Positions 25,401-37,400 of a stretch of DNA of 64,000 nt are shown in pieces (position 1 is the stretch's first letter; every line of letters begins with the position of its first letter). The stretch comes from Tubiluchus corallicola (lineage: Eukaryota; Animalia; Priapulida), in contig JAQGDQ010000150.1 in assembly GCA_030141605.1 (NCBI GenBank), forward strand, positions 124,001 through 188,000, read 5' to 3'. The position numbers and the translations under genes were made by a program. Below the pieces are notes generated by a model that saw nothing but the letters and a program-made list of their open reading frames with translations, was not told the DNA's origin and searched no databases.

Positions 25401-28400
25401 TAATAACCTCACGGTTAATAGACTCAATCGCTTAATTGACTGAAAAGTGCCTGATATGGACCACTTCTATTCAAATGTACGTAAAAATTGTCCGTAATTG
25501 ATTCAAATAACTCCTCATAATTGATTCAATATTTTTGCTTCACATGCTTCAATAGACACTCGTATGACTAATAAGCTTTTATGACTTTTATATCATTTTA
25601 GTTTGCCTTTGTCCTGTAATATACTTAGAAACAATCATGTTAAGTACCGTTTTATTTGAAAGCACGAACGTTTACCATACACTAATGCTAGCTATGGTAC
25701 AGTACAGTAAGTACGTCACAATTATAGCAAGCAGGAGCTTAGGCGAAACTACAGACGAAGCTACTTTCGGGGAAACACGGGCTTCACCAACAGTTTAAGC
25801 ACACCAAGCACTAAGTATTTTACGAGAACTCGTGCATCATACATACAACAGATTTTCAATGTTTTTATCATTGTGAGAACTTTGCGAGCCAAATTCTTCG
25901 TGATAAAATGAGGCAGCCGAGTTTGAAGGAATTTTTTTAATTTTTGAAAATAAACAGTAATTTAGAAAAGCATACTTTTTAATTAATTGCTAATTCACTT
26001 ATATAAATTAATATTTTAAAATATTTTTTCTAGTTTTTAACTGCTCAGAGGAATTTAGGCATTACTTCATTTCTAAAGTTCATTAAAAACCTTTGCAGTT
26101 CATACTAAGCTGATGACCAGTAATACTACAACCATCGGTTAATAGGTTCAATCGGTTAATTGTGTCAAAACACTTCGGTTATGAAGTGAGTTTATTAAGC
26201 AGCGTCTACTGTATTTCTTTAAAAATTGTTACCGTAAGGCGTTGTTACCATATCATTTGTGAAGGATGATAGCTTGTAGTTAGAGCTCATAATTTGCTTG
26301 AAAATCTGATTTATCTAAGTTGATCTTGCTTGCTACAATGATACATTGCTTTTAATTTTGCCATCAAAATAATTTTACATTGTTATATTCATTTCTTTAT
26401 ATCCTTATAGAGTGAAAATAGCACGATTCCTACTTCTACAACTGTTAATGGTGATGGTGGTGAAATAATTGACTCTTATAACAGTAGTGCATTAGCTTCA
26501 CATGAGTCTAATGACGATACTGATTCTGATTTAGACATTACACCTGGTGAGTACAAAAATTACTGTTTTTTTATTTTGCAATAAGATAAGATTACTTAAG
26601 ATAAGTTAATGGTAATGATATAAAAAAACTCTCAAAATTTGCTGAACTTAATTTTTGCTTCTTTTTTTGTAGAAAAATTATGCATTCAGGATAGGTTGTT
26701 TCTATTCTGTCTAGCAATAATGTTCATTTTCTTTTTTATATGTCTTTTTTATAAAAATTCTATTTTCTTATGTGCAATGCACGTATTCACAGTCTGCCTA
26801 ACAAAGTATTTTGTTTTTGTGACCTATAATTTTTCATTTGGCTATTTTATCAAAAAATATTGTTATTGCAGATAAACTAAAGCCAAAGCAGAATAAAGCA
26901 AAGCGCAAGATTAATATGAAAAAACATTTGCTTCCTTTTTCCATTCAAGATGAGTCTAATGATAAAGTATGTCTTAACTGCTTTGTTCGTCTTTCATTAG
27001 TGTAATAATATCATGCGTAAAATCACATATATTAAAGAGATTTACACAGCATGCAGTGTATTACTAAAAGCTTGAACTGGTGCATTTAAACTGATTTTCT
27101 TGAACAGAATACTAAGCTTCTAATACACAGAAAATGTCATGGTTTAACAAGGTAAATATTAATTGATCTATATGCAATTAAATGATGGTTTTTACATGGT
27201 TTATCAATGCTCGGCACATTGATGTCAGTAGCACGATCATGCAATTTTTTGTTGAGGACAGTGCACAGTAGAGATGCTTGTTCTAGCGTTGGCCGTGTCA
27301 ATGAATCAATGGTAATTGTTATTTTGTGGCTAAACAAAGAAGAGAACTTTGTTATAAATTACATGTTTCTATATGTTAATCGAGAAACAGCCTACAAAAA
27401 TATGGCGTTGTAATACACTGGGACACCTTTCACAACAACTAACCACACGTTCAGAATTGTTTTCACCACTCGAAATAGTTTATGGTATCGTATGTTATCG
27501 TCTGAAAAACAGATTATCGATGTTGTATTGCCAAATGAGTATTCTTTAACATCGATCCCTACATCAATACTCTATTTTTAGTTCTTTTATACATGACTAT
27601 TTCAGGTATTCAACTACATGACTATCTCAGTAGCCATTCAGGTTTATTACTTCTACCTAGTTTTTTAGTTCTGGCTTGTTTGCTTACTAGAGTTACTTGA
27701 ATTTTTGGGTGTTAATAAACGATTTTGTTGTGGTTGGAGATGGCTAAAGTAATATAGCCGAAACGTCATGGTTCTAATAATAGTAATAACAATTTTTATT
27801 TTGTGTAACATCTAAGTCTATGCAGACAGGCAGATGGCTACATATTCAAAGACGCTTCAAAAATATCTAAAACTATCCCAACAGAATAAAAAATGTTTGT
27901 AAAATTAAGCAGTAAGTATATGAAATTTCATAAAAAAATTCATTAAATAAATACGTAAGAAACAGATTCACACATTTATAAAATACAAGTGTATCACGAC
28001 GTATGATTTCACCACTTTGATTGTGTACTATTTTAAGTAAGTACATTTTAATCTTTTTTAAAGAGCTAGTGTTTGAAATTGTCCTGATGTGAGTAGGTAG
28101 ACTGTTTCATAGAGATAGTCCTAAAACACCAAATGACCTGTCACCGATGGTGAACAGGGCACTCTAAGAACCATAACAAAAAGATTATTGTTTCCTCTAA
28201 AACTAGACTGGATTGAATTTGGTTGACAAATCATTATCACAAATATAACAAGGTGCCTCACCATGAAACGTGCTATATACAGTTTTTAATAGCATGTTAA
28301 ATTTAATGCGATGCTCAATCGATAACCAGTACAGATGACGAAGAATAGGTATAATGTGCTGAAACTAGATGTAAAGATAATAAACCTAGTTAGCGAATTT

Positions 28401-31400
28401 TGTAAACACTGAAGTTGTTGGGGTTGATATTTAAAAATTAGTTGGCTATTACAATAGTCGATTGTTCTCTTTATCATTGACGGACCAATGTTTTTAGCAG
28501 ACTGGTTTAAATGTTTACGTATTTGCCTTAGGTTATGAAGTTAGTAATAGCCAGTTCACATTTTAGAAATTTGATTATCCACAACTTATCGTAGCATCAC
28601 TAAATTTTACAAATACAATTCTTCCTACACAAGAGTGTTGTTACGTTGTACACCTCAGGTGCCTCATGCTCTCGCTACCCCATCATCTTGAACCCTGGAA
28701 TGGTGGGTCTGTGCACAGTTGTTTTTGTTTTGCATGGAGAAAATTTGTCCAAGGATCTTGCCAGTATTCTATCTTAGAGTGAAGCTGCATCACTGCAATG
28801 ACAATCAGTGTCATTTAAGATTTTACATAATTTAGAATGGGTAATATCAACTGAGAGCGAAACCAAATTAATGTTGTTAAGCTTTTTAAACAAGGATGTC
28901 CTCAAAATTAACTTGGACAGTTTTTTTTGAACAGACATTTGCCAGTTTACCAGCAATTAACAATTCGTACTTTATAACATAGTTATATTAATTTTAATTT
29001 TAGTTTTAGAGTTTTATATTTGAAAAAAGAACTCAATGTCCAGAAATGTTTCAATAGCCATGATACATGCAAAAAAAACGTGGAAAACAACGCTAGACTG
29101 AAACTTAGTTAGATTTTTATAAGTTTTAATTCAAATGCTTTTTCTTATTCAGTAAAGTTATTAAGTGATTTTGCCATATTTTTTTCGACGTGAACTGATC
29201 AATGTTTTTTGTTATACTTCTGTTAGCTAAAATTTTTGTACCCTAATCAGTACTGTGAGTACAATAAGTTAATTCTGGATTTATATTACTGCAATATTTA
29301 TATGTTTAGGATGAAACCAAGGAAGATGTTAATTATGCAACTTTGCATGGCCACACTTTCTCTTTTCATGAAATGAATTTGTCAAGACCTTTAATGAAGG
29401 TAATTCGAATTTAGCACATATTTTTGTGCATATATTAGGCTTTGCTTGACTATTTAATTTAAAAAATTGATGATGAACAGTTATGTTTTCTGTCTTAATA
29501 TATTTTAGGCTATAACAGCGATCAATTTTATCCAGCCAACTCCAATCCAAGCAGCAACTGTACCTGTTGCACTTCTTGGGAAAGATGTATATGCTTGTGC
29601 TGCAACTGGAACAGGTATGTAGTTAGATAAATAATCCATAATATCAATGAATTTTATAGTATTTTTTAAAAATAATCAATGTTTCAGCTGCACACTAGCT
29701 GTCATCTTCAGGTAATAAGGAATAATTTAAAAAATTCTGAACAAAAACAAAAACATGCCATAACCATAAGTATTTAAGCAAATATCTATAACAATACAAT
29801 AAATAAACACATAGAAAAAATAAAAGATGTAAACAAAAACTATCCTTAACAAATAATTAAAGAAGCATTATTATTATTAGGCTACAAAATGTTCTGTAGA
29901 GTAAAACTTGATTTCAAATTAGAGTCAAATTAGAATTTTTTTACAATTAAAGCAGTTTCATCTACTTGTCCTTTGCTGACGCTTTTAGACAGATTTAAAA
30001 TGTTTGAACTGTTAAAGTGAATGCTGTGGTTAGTTTCTGGCACATGGATAGCCGAACCCCTTTTAAAACTGCGTAGCTGGTCTGTGTAAAATACTGGCGT
30101 AAGATCGACCTTTTTTTTCAAATAACAAATTTTTATATTCACAAATAAAAAACAACTCATTTCACAAAAATGGTTTATGACAGCTTTCTGTAGCCAGTAA
30201 TGGATGGACATAAGAAAGTATTACTTAATTCCACTATTTGTTCATTTATGCATCCCTCTAAGATGTCTGAAATGCATGGCAATACACTAATTGGCCTATG
30301 GCTTTCCTTTTTCAATAAGTGTCAGATTTTTTCACTCGAATTACTCAACTATTTTCATATCGGCATGAAATTTGTGCTCTCTCGGCATGCAGTTGCCTAT
30401 TTATGTTGTAGTTGGTGCACTAGTTCTAACTGAAATAGCTAACTGTAATCAATCAGAAATAGCACTATTTTCTATAAAAAAAAGCATCATTAGTATCAAT
30501 GACACTTTTGTCTCAAGAAAAAACTCATTCATGTGGTGTTCTTTTTATCTTGAAACAGTAGCAGTCAAAAGAAGTTTGTATAATTTTATTGAAATTTAGT
30601 AATTTCTAGTGCGTAAGGTTACATGTGATCAGCAAATTACTTCCCTGTGAACATACACGCAATTTGTATTGTGAAACAACAACAGTGCATGTGCATCTTT
30701 AACCATTTCTTTAATTTCTTTTAGTTTCAATAACAATCACTTAAAGTGTTATTAAAAAAAATGTAGGCAGGGTTACTACACTGAGAGCTTTATGTAGCTT
30801 TCATTCAGTTCCTCTGTATTTAGCCAAATTTAAAAGGAAGCTGAGTAGTTTTTTATTACCCGTTGTATGTAGCAGACTTATGCGAAAGGGTCTGTACAGC
30901 TAGGTGTATTAAGATGGATCTCGACTTTATGAGCAATGAGCAAACAGCTTTAGTGTTATTGTAAATTCTTTAACAGACACCTGTCATTGTAGGTTGATTA
31001 TCAAAAGTTTTTGTCTGTTTTGTGTCTGTTGAAATTTTCACTTACATTGCCATGAAATTCATACATTGTGTAACATAAACAAGTTATTGTGGCTGTTTAT
31101 ATTTTATAAGTAAAATGGCTTATTTGGTATTTTGTAGGAAAAACAGCTGCTTTCATGTTGCCAATCCTAGAACGGTTACTTTATAAACCAAAGCAGTCTC
31201 CTGTAACACGTGTTCTTGTGTTAGTGCCTACAAGAGAATTGGCTGTACAGGTTTTTCAAGTTGCCAGACAACTTGCCCAGTTCACCAATGTTAATATATG
31301 TTTAGCTGCTGGTAAGTAGTGTTTATAGTACTTTAGCTCACAACTAATTTATCTTTCATAATTTTCAAAAATGCTTTTTGCATCCTGAACTAGCTTCGTG

Positions 31401-34400
31401 CAATTGTGGAATGATGATGACTTAGTGAACTTGTATGTTACTGACCAGGTAACTTATGTCACATAGATAGCATTTAAATAATATATTTCGTCAATTTCTT
31501 ATTATAGCACCTTCCATCCTTTCCTATCTTGTTGATTTGTATCATCCTGTGATTGTTACTTAATTAGACTATTTTTATACATTTTGCACATGTTCTCATT
31601 AAGACTGTGTTTTCTTTAGGTGGATTGGATATAAAAAGCCAAGAAGCAGCACTGCGATTAGGACCTGATGTTGTCATAGCTACCCCAGGCAGATTAATAG
31701 ATCATTTACAGAATACACCTTCATTTAGTTTATCCTCAATAGAAATCCTTGTTTTAGATGAAGCTGACCGGTAATGAATTATTTTTTAAATACACATTCT
31801 TGAACTTCATAAACGTGAATACTGTTCTACATACTACTGTTCATACTTTTGAGTTCATATTAAGAACAGAACAAGAAACATATTTGGACTATAGTGCAAC
31901 TAATCTTATGACTTTAAGCCATTGAAATTGCAGCTATGTTTTTGTTAAATGTCAGAAAATGTTAGTTATTTTTACTAATTTGAAGATTTGTTGACTGGTG
32001 AGACTATTTTTGTTCAAGCGTTCCAAAAATATAGTTTCTTGTTATAATTTTAAGATTGCCACTGGCATAACATTTGCTCTGTGACACTATGTAAAACTCC
32101 AGTGCAATGATTGCTACAGGTCATATCACAAATATGACGAATAATTAAAAAGATGGCTTGAATCCGATTATTTATAGAAATGCGAAAAGAATTTTTGAAA
32201 ATTTTCCAAAAACATCCATGATCATGACATAATGCTTACCATAATTAACAAATGTCATGAAAGGTTGATACTTGTGCAACAGCACATTATTTACAGAAAT
32301 CTACACATCTTTAATATGATATGTATTTCCATTTAAAATCCAAATTTTAGGGTAGAAAGTAAAGGGAAAAAATAATTACTGTAGCTGCAAAGCATGGCTT
32401 ACTTGTGATATTTAGAGATCATGTGAGTTTTACTTATTTACATATTTGATTGTCTGATCAAGTTCTTGCAAAGTGCAACTAGAAACAGTTTTTGTACTTC
32501 CTGGAAGGCTTTTTATTTATTACCTCATATTTTTAACAATGAGCAGAAAGATGTAGTCTCAAAATCAGGATAACAATATTTCTTACTTGTCATGCTTATA
32601 TGCTGTTGTCTTCCTTAATTTACAGTGAATGATGCTAAAAATTCTTTTTAGGATGTTAGATGAATATTTTGCTGAACAAATGAAGGAAATTATCAGACAG
32701 TGCAGCATGACTCGACAAACTATGCTTTTCTCTGCTACGATGACAACTCAGGTTTGCAAATTATTTCCTATATATGAATTGCATTAATGATAGTGAGGTT
32801 CAAGTTTAAAACTTAAATACAGTAGGTGCCGCTTAATAGACTCACGGTTAATAGACTCACTTGCTTAATTGACTCAAAAACGCCTTCTATTCTAATTTAC
32901 ATAAAACTATCGGTAATTGATTCAAATAACTCCTCTTAATTGACTCAATATTTTTTCTTCATCTGCTTAAAATAAGATATGTATGTGTCTAAAGAACCTT
33001 TCCTACTTTTATGTCATCTTTACGTCCCTTTTGTGCACTATCTGTGCAGAAACAATCATCTTAAGTACCGTTTTGTTTGTAAACAGGTATGTTTATCATG
33101 CGCTAATAGGCTAACATAGCAGTTTTGCTTACCCGCTCTGTTACCTGCTCGCTAACTGTTAACCAAAGAATTTCTGGAAGCTAAACATTTAATCACTTGC
33201 CGAGCGGTATTCCTTGTGACTTGCAAGACTAAACATCATACAGCAAATAAGAGCAATGTTAGTGAGCAGACAATTCAGAACTGTTTTAGTCATGCACAAC
33301 AACAGATTTTCAACATTTTTATAATTACGAGAGCTTTGTGGGCCAAGTTCTTCGCGAGAAAATGAAGCAGCCGACCTTGAAGGAATTTTTGTAATTTTTG
33401 CAAATAAACAGACTTAGAAAAGTCTGTGATTTAGAGTATACTACTCTATTACTCTACTATACTACTCTACTATACTTACTTTTTAACTTATTGCTGATTC
33501 ATTTATATAAATTAATATTTTAAAATACTTTTTCTAATTTTTTACTCCACAAAGGAATTTAGGGATTAGTTCATTTAAAAAATTCATTAAAAACTGTTGC
33601 AGTGCATGTTCAGTCGGTTAATTGGGTCAAAACACGTCGGCCCCAAAGTGAATCTATTAAGCAGTGCCTACTGTACTAGCACAATAGTCTGGTATCACTG
33701 CTATTGTTTCTTACCATCATAGAACATTTTTTATGTTGTATATATATATATGTGTGTTTGCATAGCAAAATCGTCCATAAGTCGGCAATTAACGTTTTCT
33801 AGTTATTCGTATACAATGAATCTCCATTTCATGAGGATCAAGTTCATCACTCTGTGTTATTTCTAAGCTGAGATAGTTGAGGTTGAATTTGAGGTGCAGG
33901 TTACGCACTGAAAAATGTAAGCTTGAGAAAATCGCTGTTAAAATCAGCCATTGTTTTTTGTCGCGTTTCTACAAAACACTTTGCAACTGTACGAAAGTGT
34001 GGTTGCTATGGATATTACAAGAGCACGTTGAAGTTATATTTAAATACAATAGATGGCTCTTCCTGACGAAGATCTGGTCTTGTCAACAGAAAAACCAGAA
34101 GCAAAATGACTGCTTCCATGAGCTACTATTGGAGTTTAAAATACAAGTTTTTTTGCAATTGCAGTATATAGTTTCTAGACAGAAGAGTGGGCACAGGGTT
34201 ATAAAATTAAATTTTTGCTATTTTTTGGACATTTTCTTGATAAATTGATGCTAGAATATAAAAGTCCAATATATTTAGCATTTGTTTTTATAAAAAACAA
34301 AAAATTAATATTTGACCAAATTTTTATTGCATTCTTCTTTGAAGCATCATAATGTAGTTTTAACTATGCTGTCTTTTGGTTTGCAACCACGCATGTTACA

Positions 34401-37400
34401 TTTGTAAAGTTGTTGCATTTGTCCTGGTACAATTGCGCTTGAGTCAAGGCAGTAATAATGACAGAAACCTAGCAGGTACTGCTTAACGTCGTTGCATTTT
34501 TACAGTTTACTCTGTGTGTTATACTTTACAATGTTCACACAGCTTTCCTCAAAACTCTTTCATTTAGGTTGAAGATCTTGCAGCTGTTTCATTGAAAAAA
34601 CCTGTAAAGATATTTGTTGACAGCAACAAAGATGTGGCATTTGGTCTTCGCCAAGAATTTGTGAGAATTAGAGCAAACAAGGAAGGTGACAGGGAAGCTA
34701 TTGTAGCTGGTAGGTATTTTTTATATTAGCTTGCCATTTTAATATAAACCTATTCCTGTATTATTTAACAAAAACACTCATAATTGTAGATCTGATGTTT
34801 TGAGTTTGTGTATCTATTATTCAAAGTTACAAAGTTTTGAAAATTGTTGCAAAGTTCCAAATCACACCTCCAGGGTAAATGTGAGAGTTTCTTAGAAGTT
34901 TTTAGTCTGCCAGTTTTTGCAATGGGTTCTTTCTGAGCAAAACTAATTTTGCTTATTTACAAATTGAGTATATTAAAGCTTAAATCTTTCATCTTTGATT
35001 TTTATAAACTTACATTTTTTTTCTTTAGCTCTGGTGAGTCGAACATTCCAGGATCACTGTTTAGTTTTTGTACAGACGAAAAAACAAGCACACAGGCTGC
35101 ATATAATTTTCGGCTTGCTGGGTATTAATGTAGGTGAATTACATGGTAACTTATCACAGGCACAGAGATTAGATGCTTTGCGGAGATTCAAAGAAGCTCA
35201 GATTGATGTTCTTGCTGCCACTGACTTAGCAGCTCGAGGACTGGATATCGAAGGAGTAAAAACTGTAAGCAAGAAACAGTAATTTTTGCTTTTGAGCAAG
35301 TACTTAAAATATCTTTGTTTGTAATGGCCTAGTTTCTGTTTTGCTGCAGAAATGGCCAGTCGTATAATTAATGGTGACATGTTTGTGGTTGATTTTGAGG
35401 ATGCATTGGTTAAGACACTCTCCTGCCATGTAACTCAGGAATTGAATGTGTCTCATCAATCACATAATTAATTTGCGTGAATACCAGATCTTCATGTTGT
35501 GATTTTTTGCAGTTTAGTGATGCTCTAAACTATACATGTGTCTTTGTCAAACTCCTACTGCTAACATGATTTTTTCTTTATGTGAGTAAATTTATTAATG
35601 AAATTTTTATTTTGTGAACGACTCATTTCTCACGGAATGTTGAGCATGTGATCACTGTAATGTGTCACTGTCTACAATTAACACTAGTTGCATTACATAT
35701 ATTTATAAGATTTTGTTTTCATTGGAACGCCATGTCACTCAGTAAATTACGTTCTAAGTAAATTGTTATACACGCATTTTCAGGTAATCAACTTTACAAT
35801 GCCAAACACTGTACAGCATTATATTCATAGAGTTGGTCGAACAGCTAGGGCTGGGAGGGCTGGAAGGTATGAAAAGTCTTTGCTATTTCAATTAGACAGT
35901 TAGTCTCTTGATCTGGTTTGCTGTTTGAATTTTCAAGTACATTTGCTTCTTATCATTTCAGGTCTGTATCTCTAGTGGGTGAATCAGAGCGAAAAATGCT
36001 AAAAGAATTGGTTAAAAGAGCTCGCCAACCAGTTAAAAGTAGAGTTGTTCCACAAGGTTGGTTCTTGTTTAGCACTATTCTTGGAATTTTTTTCTGAACA
36101 TTGGTAGATCTGTCCTGCAGTTTATAAGCACATGGTCTCTCTACAGAGAAAACACGCACTGTGTTTATTATGTATCATATTTTGTGATACGAATGCTGTC
36201 CCGATTAAAGCAATGTTTAGCTACCAAATAATGCAGCAAGCTGCTTTCAGTGTAGATTTGCTATCGAAAATAATGTTACTAACACATAAAACTTGGTATT
36301 ACATTGAAAATGCTTATTTGTTTTTTACTTGTTCATTTAACAAGTTGCCAGCACTAGCTCGAAAAACTAGGTATATTTTGATTTAAAATCATTGCTGTGA
36401 ATTAGTTATAGGTTACTTTCTTTAGCTTTGCAAATAATTTTTTTAAATATAATGTGCAAAACTTTAAATCTTCTATGGTTGCACAAATGATAAAATGTGG
36501 TACCCTAGTGTCTAAAGACTGCTTCAGGTGCTTAAAGGAAGTTAGCAAATATTTAATAAAGGTCATATATTTATAATTTATTAATGCATATGTTATGCAA
36601 CAGTAGCACTTTACTTTGTTTTCTTGCTAATGAAGCATTTTTATTGCAGAGGTGATCACGAAATTTCGCAACAAGATTAATTCATTTGAGAAAGATGTAG
36701 GTTTGATATTAAAAATGGAACATGAAGAAAAAGATCTTAACATCTCTGAGGCCCGTGTATATAAAGCTGAGAAACTTATCAAACATCAAGAAGAAATTTT
36801 TAGTCATCCAAAACGAACATGGTTTCAGACTCATCAAGAAAGGATGGCTGAGCAAGGTGAAGCTAGCTTTTATCTTTTGCACTTTTTATTCTGTTTTATC
36901 ATGAACATGGTGAGTCAGTGACACCTGTTTTTATATTTATATTGCTATTTGCTTTATTGACTTTGATATGTCTCAGATTTATTCTCTTAATATTAACTGC
37001 TCACTTTTGAGCAGGTGCCAGAATTTTTGATGTAGTGATTGTAACTATTGTTGCATTGTTAAGATAATGTAACAAATGTGTATATCAATTATGGTTTTAT
37101 TAAAACAGGTTTTGTTTTTCACAGAAAAGCTCAGACTTGGTCAGTTTAACATGGCTGCTACAAAACTGAAGAAAAAAGAAGCTGCTAAGTTGAAAAAGAT
37201 AGTCAGTGTAAGTAACAATGCTAAATTGAAATATGCCTTTTTACATGTGCATAATGTTATCTATAAATGCAAACCACTTATTTGTATCAACTGGTTTTTG
37301 CAGTCAGAGGACAGAGTGGAATTAGAACTAAGAAAGACAGCAGAGTATCAAGCTAGACTTGCCAAGCGAGCCAGAAAGCAAAAACGAATGTTAGTTTGTC

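Noticed and set aside
31405-31450. Possible C/D snoRNA (ATGATGA...CTGA) in DDX27 intron 7
   Set aside because: Boxes only about 30 nt apart, no terminal stem, no second D box, and no convincing rRNA complement that I can recognise
32391-32460. GCATGGCTTA complementary to the 18S rRNA 5' region
   Set aside because: Only 10 nt, not followed by a D/D' box; expected by chance
36095-36225. Possible H/ACA snoRNA in DDX27 intron 13 (hairpin, AGAGAA, hairpin)
   Set aside because: No ACA box after the second hairpin and stems are short; needs an Rfam/snoReport scan
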